This document shows, piece after piece, positions 11,617 to 21,899 of a DNA stretch of 64,000 nucleotides (the stretch's first letter is position 1; each line of letters starts with the position of its first letter). The translations under genes and the position numbers were made by a program. Source of the stretch: Selaginella moellendorffii (taxonomy: Eukaryota > Plantae > Lycopodiophyta); the NCBI RefSeq assembly GCF_000143415.4, contig NW_003314299.1:1614559-1678558 (forward strand), read 5' to 3'. The notes beneath the pieces are model-generated. The model ran no database searches, was not told the origin of the DNA, and saw only the letters and a list, made by a program, of their open reading frames with translations.

Positions 11617-13150
11617 CAATCGGTTGGGTTGGCTAGAAATCTCGGCAAACGATTTGGTGCCGCGTGGGATGCGAGCCCATCTCCCAGATTGTGGATTTGC
11701 TAGTGCTCTTGGTGTTCTAGCTCTCTCCCTTTGAGAAAGAACGCTCTAAATCTCTGGCAATGTAGGTGAGGATCTGGAACACGAGGCCGCTGATGAAGAA
11801 AGGCGAGGCTGATCGTGGCGGCGAGAAGCTGCTGGCGACGCTGTGCGATCACTTTGGATCGGTGAATTGCATGCGGCAATGGAAGCCTGGTCTTGATCCA
11901 CGAGAAGCACCATGGCACTGGCGCGGTCAGTGGAGAGCCCGTCGAGAACTGGAACGTTTGTGTGTCGCTCCGCCGATAAGCCTTTCTTCTTTTGCGCATC
12001 TAAAAGTTGATACCGTGTACTATTTCTTGTTTTCCTGTACCTTGGTCTTTGATCTCTTCTTTTTATTCCACGTTCGAAGACGGCAACGTGTAGCACAACA
12101 CCGTTCAATGCGGGGTCGGCATGGGATCCAGTCGGCTCTTTCATCCCAGGGTTCCTCTAACAGGCTCAGTCGCTGGTTTGGCAGATCAGCTGGAAGACGA
12201 GCACTTCATAGCATGGTAAATGGGCTCCACCGTGGGGTTCATGGATTGTAGTCGAGGCTGGGAGCTCGAGGTGGAACCATGCATGGTATGGGACCTCCGT
12301 CAATTATAGAACAAGACTCTTCTCCCTCTCAACTTGATCTTGCAAGATCGCGGATTTGGGAGATTGTGGCATAGCATTTAGTGGAATACAAGAAGGAGCC
12401 CGAGGCTCAAGTTGGGGAATTGAGCGCTAAATGCTAGAACAGGACAAGGAAGTGTGCTGGTGGCATAGTGAGGCCACCATTGCACCTCCCAAGAGGGAGC
12501 TTGTACACTTTGGACAGGCTAGTCCCTCATGAGGGCTGCTTCTGGAGGGCAGTAACTGATCAATATGTAGCTGCACAAAGCAAGACCTTAAGTAGGCAAC
12601 CACTTACTGGCCCTGCAAGCAAGCCTGAGTAAGGAGGACCCCTCATCCAGCTAGCAAGTGGTGGCACTTGAAGAGTGGAAAAGTTGGCAGCCATATATGG
12701 TATCCATGTGTCACGAAGTGACACTAAATTTCACTACTCTTTTCCGCATTGAGTATAGAATCTTGTTGAGCAGTGGGATGTAAGAATAACATCTTGATAG
12801 TATGGCAGTGAGAAGAGCTAAAGCTCCTGAATAGTGTCACTATCAAGAAACCATGGCTCTGGCAAAGTGTGGGGTCCTCTCTATCCCTTGCCAAGGGCCC
12901 TGAGCTTTCTTCACTTTAGGCATTACACCTCAGTTACTTCTTCCTTCAAAGAAATTAGTAATTTTCTTGGAAGCTAGTGCTCCATTGATTGTTCTTGCCA
13001 ATGATCATGAATGTTTGTTTCACACAAAAATGAGGGAAAATAAGTGGATGAGAGCTTTTTAAGTGGCTTCCAAAATAGCTGTGCATATGATATGTTTTCT
13101 AAGATGATAAATTTTTTGGTTTATATCTGGTTTTTATATTTTTCCCTTTT
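11617..13150 (+). pseudogene. Fragmented duplicate of HIRA
   Basis: Collinear pieces matching HIRA intron 1/exon 2/intron 2 (11617-12070), exon 3 (about 12085-12140), exon 6 (about 12188-12335, 12935-12950), exon 7 (about 12965-13035) and last exon/3'UTR (about 13060-13150). Confidence 0.85.
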
Positions 13151-13749
13151 ACACTTATGTAATTAGTGAGATAAATAATTTTCTGCATGGTTTGCTTAAT
13201 AGTAGTGTCATTATTGTTTAGTATTATTGAATAATCCAATAGATCAATAATTATAAACATGTTTATAATCTTATTGAGATAAAAAAAATACTAGGAAGGG
13301 TTTAACAACTATTATTCTAGAATATTTAAGCATATTTTAGGTATATCCATTACCACCTAGAAATGTTTTTAAGCAAACTAAAAGCAATTACTCATTATAT
13401 TAAACTATTATTTAATTACAGTTGAATATGATGGTGTGAGGTCCAAGTGTACAGCTACAATACTATATGCGTAATGGGATTTTGATATTAGATTGATTTC
13501 AATCCGGATCACTCACTCCTATATATAAACTAATAGAGTAAAAAGTCTAAACCCAAAAGTGGTTTTTGGACTAATTAAATATAAAAATGAACTAAAGGAA
13601 TTGAGGAATATAACTTAGAGTAGTTATACATGATTTGAGATAATTTCTTTTAGCCTTCCCGACACTCAAACCACTTGTACCGGACTTTTGTTTCATAGTG
13701 CAATGGGTTTGGAGTTTAACTCCAAATTTAGATGTGCTACATTTAGTAT

Positions 13750-14620
13750 AATTTCATCATACCTTTTGCATCCACTTTTGTTGTGGTGGTATGAAATGTG
13801 CCATTTTAGAAAACGGATTCAACATTACAAATATCGCATTAAATCCCTCACTTATGGGGAGTCTTATGATAAAGTCTATTGTATAACATTTCCATGAATA
13901 ATCGAGGATTAGAAGGCTTTGCAATAAACCCTCACTAACCTTAGTTATAATTTTCACCTATTGATATATTAAGTATGTTTTTATATTGTCTTAAATGTCC
14001 TTTGCCATGTTTGGCTAGTAATACTTTCTCTTGAACAAACCCATTGTCTTGGGCATTCTACTATATCTTGCAAAAGGTTTGTCATGACACTCTTCTAAAG
14101 TTATTTTTCTTAATTCCTCTTATGGAATATACACTCTTATCTATTTATAATAAATAAGTCCATTGCATTTCACATAACTAATTTTCTCTTCCTTATATGG
14201 CTCACCTTGCTAGTGAACATCCCATGCCTCTTTTTTCTTTAGCAACACCTTTTGTGATAAACAATCATCCTCATATACTATTCACACATCATTTTAGAAG
14301 GTTGTTATTGCACTAGATATTATTAACTTCAAGCTTACTTTCTGACCTAGAGTATTTATCATGATATTGTTCTTTTTGGGTTTATACAATATCTTATAAT
14401 CAAACTCAACTAAAGTATTAGCCCACTGACTTTGTTTTTCTCAGACATTAGGCTATAATAAGAAATGTTTTATTGCCACATTTTTTGTGTATACCTTGAA
14501 GTGCCTCCTAAGGTAGTGTTGCCACTCCTTAAGTGCCTTAACCACTACAAACAATTCCTTTTTATGGGTAAACAACTTTTGCTAAAACTTGTCTAACTTC
14601 TTTGAGAAAATGCCATTGGG
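13750..14620 (-). mobile_element. Highly decayed Ty3/Gypsy pol remnant (RNase H-integrase)
   Basis: Minus-strand TIDFIIRLPISEGFNAIFV...SKMAHFIP integrase motif and ELFVVVKALKEWQHYL RNase H motif, with many stops. Confidence 0.7.
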
Positions 14621-15046
14621 TGATCATTTTATTTCAAAGTTGGGATGAACATAAATGGATAAGTGGGGTGACTTGGAAAAGTGTTCAAAAATTGGTTTTA
14701 ACTCCATTGAGAAATGGAATCGTAAATATTCTCAATCCAAGTATGGGGGGCATTACCTACTTGGATACCTTGTATAGCTCATCAAAACCTTGCTCTAGCC
14801 ACATGACTAATGGCAGAAGGTTAGGGGTGTACTTATGAAGTTTGTATTAGGCTGTAGAGTTTTGAAATGTCATCCCAAAGTGGATAGGCCTTTGGATTAG
14901 TGGATTAGTGGTGGTGTTACTTATCTTCATCAAGTTTTCTCATCTTTTAGAAGGGAGGATGATATAAATCTATATATGCATATATTTATATATGTATAGT
15001 ATATAGACCACCCAATTGAGATTAAATCCAGTTTATCTATTTTTAT

Positions 15047-15766
15047 TGTTGCAAATATAACTTCGAGTATTGAAAGTTACTTGTCGGCTAGTCCTTTCGG
15101 ATATTCTTTCCTTACTGCCACGACAGCAAGAGGTCGGTATTGCTGGTTCCCTTTATCAGCCTTTCTTATTCAAATGTTAGTAAACTAGACTTTGCATTTA
15201 TACTTGGCTAGATGAGCATAAGGACAGAATTCCTAAGTGTCTATTTAGCCAAGCATACTTGGCTTGGCTTTTTAGTTCTCTTTTGCTTTGTTTTGCACTG
15301 GCTTGACAAGAACCCTCACATATTGAGACTAGTCCCTCAATATCGCTATATGATAGTTTACTGTATCTGCCAAACACCCTCACTATCATGCCTTTTGTGT
15401 TAGTCTCATTTTAGTCCCAAATGTTATTTATGGAAAGTGTCTAGATTTGCTCATTTGGCACATCTACGAAATATAGAGATTATCCTGAACACAATGGTGT
15501 TCGTCCCGTGTCCAAATTCAAAATCTAGGGACATTCCATATTTAGTAAGTTTTGAGTTTGTCTCAAAGACTAACTTCTGATACTAAGGGAGGCTTGGGGT
15601 GAAAGCCCAAAGCGCATGTTCCTCAAGCGGGGGGGGGGGGTTCCAAAAAGGTGGGGTTCCAAATGTATAATAGGGATAATGGGTAGGTTGGGCATAATTT
15701 AGCTCCCACTTATATGCTTATCCTTGTTTTGCGTCCGGTTTAGGTCTAAGCCCAAGTTTCATACCA
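15047..15766 (+). mobile_element. Truncated LTR, family B (plus orientation)
   Basis: Diverged reverse complement of about 18085-18959; begins TGTTGCAAAT at the position equivalent to TGTCACGAAT. Confidence 0.65.
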
Positions 15767-16144
15767 TGTTGGGTGGTGGAGTACCCATATCTTTGTGTTA
15801 GGCCACTAGTATGCTAAAATAGTGCTAAACTCCATTTAGCTTTATTTTACATGTTGGTCCTTGCATTAGGATGTTAATTGCTCTAGGATTAATCTAAGTT
15901 GCTCCGTGCTCTTGTCCCTTCATTCCTTGGGGTGTATGTTTGGGAGTCGTTCCATGCTCCAATGCCATTGTTCCTTGGCTCTATATTTGGAAGTTTGGCA
16001 CAGTTCCTTCATTCAGTGGCCCAAGGCCCTGAAACATAGGTCCACACTACTATCCTTTTGATACGTGGTATATAACACATGGCATTTGGAGGGTTTAGGT
16101 TCTGCTTCGTGATTATCCTATGGTAAATCACCATAGGATAAAGG

Positions 16145-17843
16145 TGTAAGCAACTAAATTTTCCATTCTACTTTAGTCACTTAACCACACCTCCGACCTC
16201 TTGGAGGAGTCTCATTCACAACCTCCATAAGTCCAATTCAGGACTTAGGACTTGCTAGCCCCAAGAATGGCATCCATGCCACTCAACATTTGCACTTGGT
16301 CCAAGTGCTCCACGTCTCCGATCCCATGACCGACACTCAAAGGTACCACCGACATGGCAGCTTGTTACGCTAAGGCCATGCCCAATCACCTTTGCCACAC
16401 TGGTAGTCCAATACCACTTGCATCACAGTTTTGGCTCTCCAAGACTAGGCAAACCATCCGTGAGTGGTCATCTCAGACCCACTCCTTAGCATCCTTAGGA
16501 TGCCCACCGACAAGGGGAATAGCCTTCCCCAATATCCCTCTGTCAGTCCCCACTAAGTCCCTTTCTGCCCTTGGCCGTGTTTGCCAACACTGCCACTTGA
16601 TCGAGGCCCACCGGCCCGGCCACTAAGTCCCACTATCCTCGAGGACTTCCTCACTGTGTGATTGTGTCCTTGGTCACCCCACCAGAGGGCTACCCCTCTT
16701 CCTTTCCACAGTCTGGGACTTTGGGACACCATTTCGGAACACCGTGGCCTTACGCGAGCCACTTGGGTACTCTCCCCACCTATCGCCTTTAGGTGCTCTA
16801 GCCATGGGCTTAGAGCGAGGTTCCGTTGAGCCATGCTTGGTATCCAAGTAGGTAGTGCCACCCACACTTGGACTGGGAGCATCGGCCAGTCGATCTCCCG
16901 GGGGAACTAGAGCCGGCTCTTGAACACTTCACCAAGCTACCCCGCTTGTCGGTCCATGTTCACTCTAGTTTTGGACTTCCCAGTGGGCAGCTCATCACCC
17001 AACACTGGGTCCGGCCTTCCTGGGCCAAATTGGCCTTTCCTAGCCAAACTGGCCTTTCCTGGCCAAACTGGCTCCACTGCAGTCCTCCCCCTACTATACT
17101 TTTGGAGCTCACCAAACCCCCCAGGGTCTGGGAGACGAATGCTTTGGGCTTTCACCCTCTCAGGCTCCGGACTCGGACTCGGATTCGGACTCGGACTCGG
17201 ACTTGGGCTCGGCCTTGGTCTCGGTCTCGGTCCCGATCTCGGTCTCGGTCTCGGTCCCGGTCTCGGTCTTGGTCCCGGTCTCGGTCTTGGTCCCGGTCTC
17301 GACTTTGGACTCCATCTCGGGTCCATCTCAGACTCCAACTCGGACTCCATCTCGGACTCCATCTCGGGTCCATCTCGGGTCCATCTCGGACTCCATCTCG
17401 GACTCCACCTCGGACTCCGTCTCGGGTCCATCTCGGGTCCCATCTCGGGTCCATCTCGGGTCCATCTCGGACTCCATCTCGGACTCCATTTCGGGTCCAT
17501 CTCGGGTCCACCTCGGACTCCACCTCGGACTCCATCTCGGGTCCATCTCGGGTCCACCTCGGACTCCACCTCGGACTCCACCTCGGACTCCACCTCGGAC
17601 TCCATCTCGGACTCTTCCACGTGTCATGTGTTGGTCCCTTTGGGTCCCTTTTTGGAGCCTCGCTTATTGCTCGCTTCGTGCTCGTTCCTCGAACACTTTG
17701 TTGGGAGTTCCACTCCCGCTCTCAACCTTTCAAGTCGGAGCTTTTAGTCCAAACGTTTTACGCTCATTTAGCTTTCGCTTCAGCCACTACCACGTGGCAC
17801 CCCTCCAGCTCCACTCTGGGGCCTAGGGACTTTGTGTCTCACA
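16145..17843 (-). mobile_element. Solo LTR, family A (1.7 kb, contains minisatellite)
   Basis: TG...CA termini (TGTGAGACAC...TTGCTTACA on minus); 5-bp TSD AAAGG at 16140-16144 and 17844-17848. Confidence 0.92.
17165..17615. repeat. 6/11/12-bp compound minisatellite (GGACTC, GGTCTC, GGACTCCATCTC/GGGTCCATCTC) within family A LTRs
   Basis: Directly visible; homologous arrays at about 19660-20030, 26367-26830 and 61305-61722 differ in unit number. Confidence 0.95.
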
Positions 17844-18969
17844 AAAGGGTAAAAACCACGTGTGCTACATTTATATATAAATATACCATTCTTATATGTA
17901 GTGCACCTGAATTTGGAGCCAAACTCCAAGCCTGTTGCGCTACAAAACGAGGGTCCGGTATAATCCCACGAGCACCAGCTCCTTGTATCTAGCACCTACA
18001 TGCAAAATGGTGTCAGACGGAGTCTGGCATAATTTTGGCATACCGGTGGCCTAATGCGAGAAGGAGGGTACCTTACTGATTAGAGCAATGTGGAGCTTGG
18101 GCTTAGACCCAAGCCGGACGCAGAACAAAGAGCGACACAGCCTAGTGAAAGCCAAACTAATGTCTTAAGTGGTCGGATATACATTCTAACGACTATCCCT
18201 ACTATACATTTGGAACCCCCCATAGCCCCCCCCCCCCCCCCCCCCCCCCCCTTCCTTGAGGAACACATGCTTTGGGCCTAAACCCTAATGTCTCAAGTAG
18301 TGGAATATACATTCTAACCCCTATCCCTACTATACATTTGGAACCCCCCATAGCCCCCCCCCCCCCTCCCCCCAAGCCTCCCTTAATACCAAGAGTTAGT
18401 CTTTGGGACAAGCTTAAAACTTACTAAATATGGAATGTCCTTAGATTGCGAATTTAGACATAGAACGAACACTATTGTACTTGTTTTTTTCTTTGGCGAG
18501 TTTTAGGGTGGTGATGGGGAGCTAGATCTCTACATTCTGTAGATATGCCAAATGAGCGAATCTAGACACTTTCCACAAATAGCATTTGGGACCGAATTGA
18601 GATTAATATAAAGGGCATGATAGCGAGGGTGTTTGGCAGACACGATAAGCTATCATGTAGCGATATTAAGGGACTAGTCTTAATACGCGAGGGTTCTTAT
18701 CACTAGCAAGTGCAAGACAAAATGAGACAGGAACTCCTTACCCGGTTAAGTATGCTTAGCTAATAGCACGTAGGAATTCTGTCTTTATGCTCGTTCGGTC
18801 TAAGTACATTCAAAATGCCCAGTTAACACCACTAGCATAAGAGGGGCTACCAAAAGGATCCAATTGTACCGACCTTCTACCGTCATGGCAATAAGGAAAG
18901 AGTGTCCGTAAGGGCTGGCCGACAAGTATCTTTCGATACCCGAAGTCACATTCGTGACACTCTCCTGCC

Positions 18970-21281
18970 TGTAAACAACTAAAGAGATTAACTCAAAAGG
19001 CGATCCATAAGGTCCAAATATAGAAGGAAAGGGCCTATGAACAAGAGTGCACCCCCTTTTCCAATTGGTTAAGGGTCTTAGGATATTTGGGGTTAAGTGT
19101 CTTTGGGTTTGAATAGTACTGGGTTGGGTGACCTCCTAGGAAATCCAAACTCAGGTGCTTACATTTGGTATCAGAGTGGGTCTTGGGTCTGACTCTATTG
19201 GTTGGCTAGGGGAATCACACCATATGCTGATTTACATCTAGCTGGTCTAGTTTGCTCCCACTAGGTTTGACCCAAGGGGTAGGGTGTCAAGAGAGCGGGG
19301 CTCTCAGGAGAGCTGTGGCTTTTAGCTTCCGTTCACAAGGGCATGAACTTGCAGGGAAGCGTGGTGGATTGTAAGCAACTAAAGGGGTAGGGTGTCAAGA
19401 GAGCAGGGCTCTCAAGAGAGCTGCGTGTGAGACACAAAATCCCTAGGCCCCGAAGTGGAGCCGGAAGGGCGCCACGTGGTAGTGGCTGAAGCGAGAGCCA
19501 AACGAGTGTAACACGTTTGGACCAAAAGCTCCGACTTGAAAAAGTCAAGAGCGGGAGTGGAACTCCCAACGAAGTGCTCGAGGAACGAGCACGAAGCGAG
19601 CAAAAAGCGAGGCTCCAAAAAGGGACCCAAAGGGACCAATATATGACACGTAGAAGTGTCCGAGATGGACTCGAGTTGGAGTCCGAAGTGGAGTCCGAGA
19701 TGGACTCGAGTTGGAGTCCGAGATGGAGTCCGAGGTGGACCCGAGATGGACCCGAAATGGAGTCCGAGATGGAGTCCGAGATGGACCCAAGATGGACCCG
19801 AGATGGAGTCCGAGATGGACCCGAGATGGAGTCCGAGATGGAGTCCGAGATGGAGTCCGAGATGGACCCGAGATGGAGTCCGAAGTCAAGACCGGGACCG
19901 GGACCGAGACCGAGACCGAGACCGAGACGAAGATCGGGACTGAGACCGAGACCGAGGCCGAGGCCGAGACCGAGCTCAAGCCCGAGTCCGAGTCCGAGTC
20001 CGAGTCCGAGTCCGAGTCCGAGTTCGAGTCTGAGAGGGTGAAAGCCCAAAGCGTTCGTCTCCTAGACCCTGGGGGGTTTGGTGAGCTCCAAAAGTATAGT
20101 AGGGGGGAGGACTGCAGTGGAGCCAGTTTGGCCAGGAAAGGCTAGTTTGGCCCAGGAAGGCCGGACCTAGTGTTGGGTGATGAGCTGCCCATTGGGAAGT
20201 CCAAGACTAGAGTGAACACAGACCGACAAGCGGGGTAGCTTAGTGAAGTGTTCAAGAGCCGGCTCTAGTTCCCCCGGGAGATCGACTGGCCGATGCTCCC
20301 AGTCCAAGTGTGGGTGGCACTACCTACTTGGATACCTGGTGTGGCTCAACGGAACCCGCTCTAAGCCCATGGCTAGAGCACCCAAGGGCAGAAGGCGAGG
20401 AGAGTACCCCGGTGGCTCGCGTAAGGCCACGGTGTTCCGAAATGTTGTCCCAAAGGCCCAGACTGTGGAAAGGAAGAGGAGCAGTCCTCTGGGGTAGTGA
20501 CCAAGGACACAGTCGTGTGGTGAGGAAGTCCCAGAGGACCTTGGGACTTAGTGGTCGGGCCTGTGGGTCTCGATCCAGGGGCAGTGTTGGCAAACACGGC
20601 TAGGGGCAGAAAGGGACTTAGTGGGGACTGACAGAGGGATATTGGGGAAGGCTATTCCCCTTGTCGGTGGGCATCCTAAGGATGCTAAGGAGTGAATCTG
20701 AGATGACCACTCACGGATGGTTTGCCTAGTCTTGGAGAGCCAAGATGGTGATGCAAGTGGTATTGGACTACCAGTGTGGCAAAGGTGATTGGGCATGGCC
20801 TTAGTGTAACGGACTGCTATGTCGGTGGTACCTTTGAGTGTCGGTCATGGGATCGGATACGTGGAGCACTTGGACCAAGTGCAAATGTTGAGTGGCATGG
20901 ATGCCATTCTCGGGGATAGCAAATCCCAAGTCCTGGATTGGACTCATGGAGGTTGTGAATGAGACTCCTCCAAGTGGTCAGAAGTGTGGTTAAGTGACTA
21001 AAGTAGAATGGAAAATTTAGTCGCTTACACTGCGGCTCTTAGCTTCCGTTCATGAGGGCGTGAACTTGTAGGGAAGCATGGTGGATTGTAAGCAACTAAA
21101 GAGAACGACTTAAGAGGCGATCCATAAAGGTTTAAATATAGAAGGAAAGGGCTTATGAACAAAAGTGCACCCCTTTTTCTAATCGGTTAAGGGTCTTGGG
21201 ATATTTGGGGTTAAGTGTCCTTGGGTTTGAATAGTACTAGGCTGGGTGACCTCTCGGGAAGTCCAAACTCAGGTGCTTACA
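18970..21281 (+). mobile_element. Cassandra-type TRIM (5S rRNA-derived segment in both LTRs), interrupted by a solo LTR
   Basis: LTRs 18970-19163 and 21087-21281; TSD CTGCC both sides; tRNA-iMet PBS TGGTATCAGAG at 19166; purine-rich PPT before 21087; no ORF. 19092-19146 and 21210-21264 align with the plant 5S internal promoter region (GTTAAG..TTGGG..AGTACTAGG.TGGGTGACCTC..GGAAGTCC). Confidence 0.9.
19426..21029 (+). mobile_element. Solo LTR, family A (1604 bp), nested in Cassandra
   Basis: TGTGAGACAC...TCGCTTACA with TSD CTGCG at 19421-19425 and 21030-21034. Confidence 0.93.
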
Positions 21282-21899
21282 CTGCCCTTGGGGAAGATCA
21301 ACATCCTCGTCGATGCATACCTGAGTCTAGCAAACTTTCAAGGAAACAATTCTGAAAGTTAACAGAAAGCACACTATGTGGGAAATACACTGACTTAAAT
21401 GAGTTATGGAACGACCTCTCTTCTACGTCCAAAGACGTTAAGACTCAGACACCTTCCAGCCGTCACCGACAAAGAAATGACTAATGGAGTTAGCCACTCA
21501 TGTTGCTCCGAGTACCACTCGAATTACAAAGGAATGATACATCTTTGCCCGCAGGGATATAGGGAGAAGGCTAGAGGCCCAACTTCCCCTGAGCAAGAAA
21601 TCAACCTTGTTGGGAAGATTTAGACAACTATTATAAACTAGCAGATTAAGTTGTTTACACGACCACGCCCCTTTTCAAAAGTGAGTAATTGAGAGAGAGG
21701 CGGGGACTTGTGATTAGTCTATAATAGTTATCCCCATGGTTATGGATTGGACCCATGCACCAAAGTGTTGAAGTTAACTTGCCAAAACTGACCCAAGTAC
21801 TAACGAACGAGAGAAACAACACTTTGATTTATAGAAATATATTACTTTATTAATTTGCAAGATTTATTATAAGAGTTACAAAATTATTCTTTATTACAA

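Larger units (their letters stand above)
15767..18959 (-). mobile_element. Family B LTR (about 1.5 kb net of a nested solo LTR), probable 3' LTR of the downstream chromovirus
   Basis: On the minus strand, removing the Cassandra insertion restores GAGGATGTTGATCTTCCCCAAGGGCAGGAGAG|TGTCACG (PPT then LTR start at 18959). The likely end is ...CCCAACA at 15767, where homology to the plus copy breaks; this left boundary is inferred. Confidence 0.55.

Noticed and set aside
16868-17992. Long RS/SP/LG-rich ORFs here and at 19333-20145, 26234-27046 and 61012-62003
   Set aside because: They are by-products of the stop-free minisatellite in family A LTRs, open in several frames on both strands and with frames differing between copies.
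18225-18375. Poly-C tracts giving poly-Pro/Gly ORFs
   Set aside because: Homopolymers within a roughly 125-bp tandem duplication in a family B LTR; non-coding.
19092-19146. Stand-alone 5S rRNA gene
   Set aside because: Only about 55 bp of the internal promoter region is present, duplicated within the two LTRs of a TRIM.
20890-20912. TGGCATGGATGCCA palindrome in family A LTRs as a member of the 22-bp motif family
   Set aside because: It lacks the 6-bp spacer geometry and occurs once per LTR; probably coincidental.
21640-21680. Minus-strand AAAAGGGGCGTGGTCG-TGTAAACAACT, resembling the Cassandra PPT and LTR start, as the chromovirus 3' LTR
   Set aside because: No matching LTR end or second copy was found; a clearer PPT-LTR junction is restored at 18959 after removing Cassandra. 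Left unresolved.
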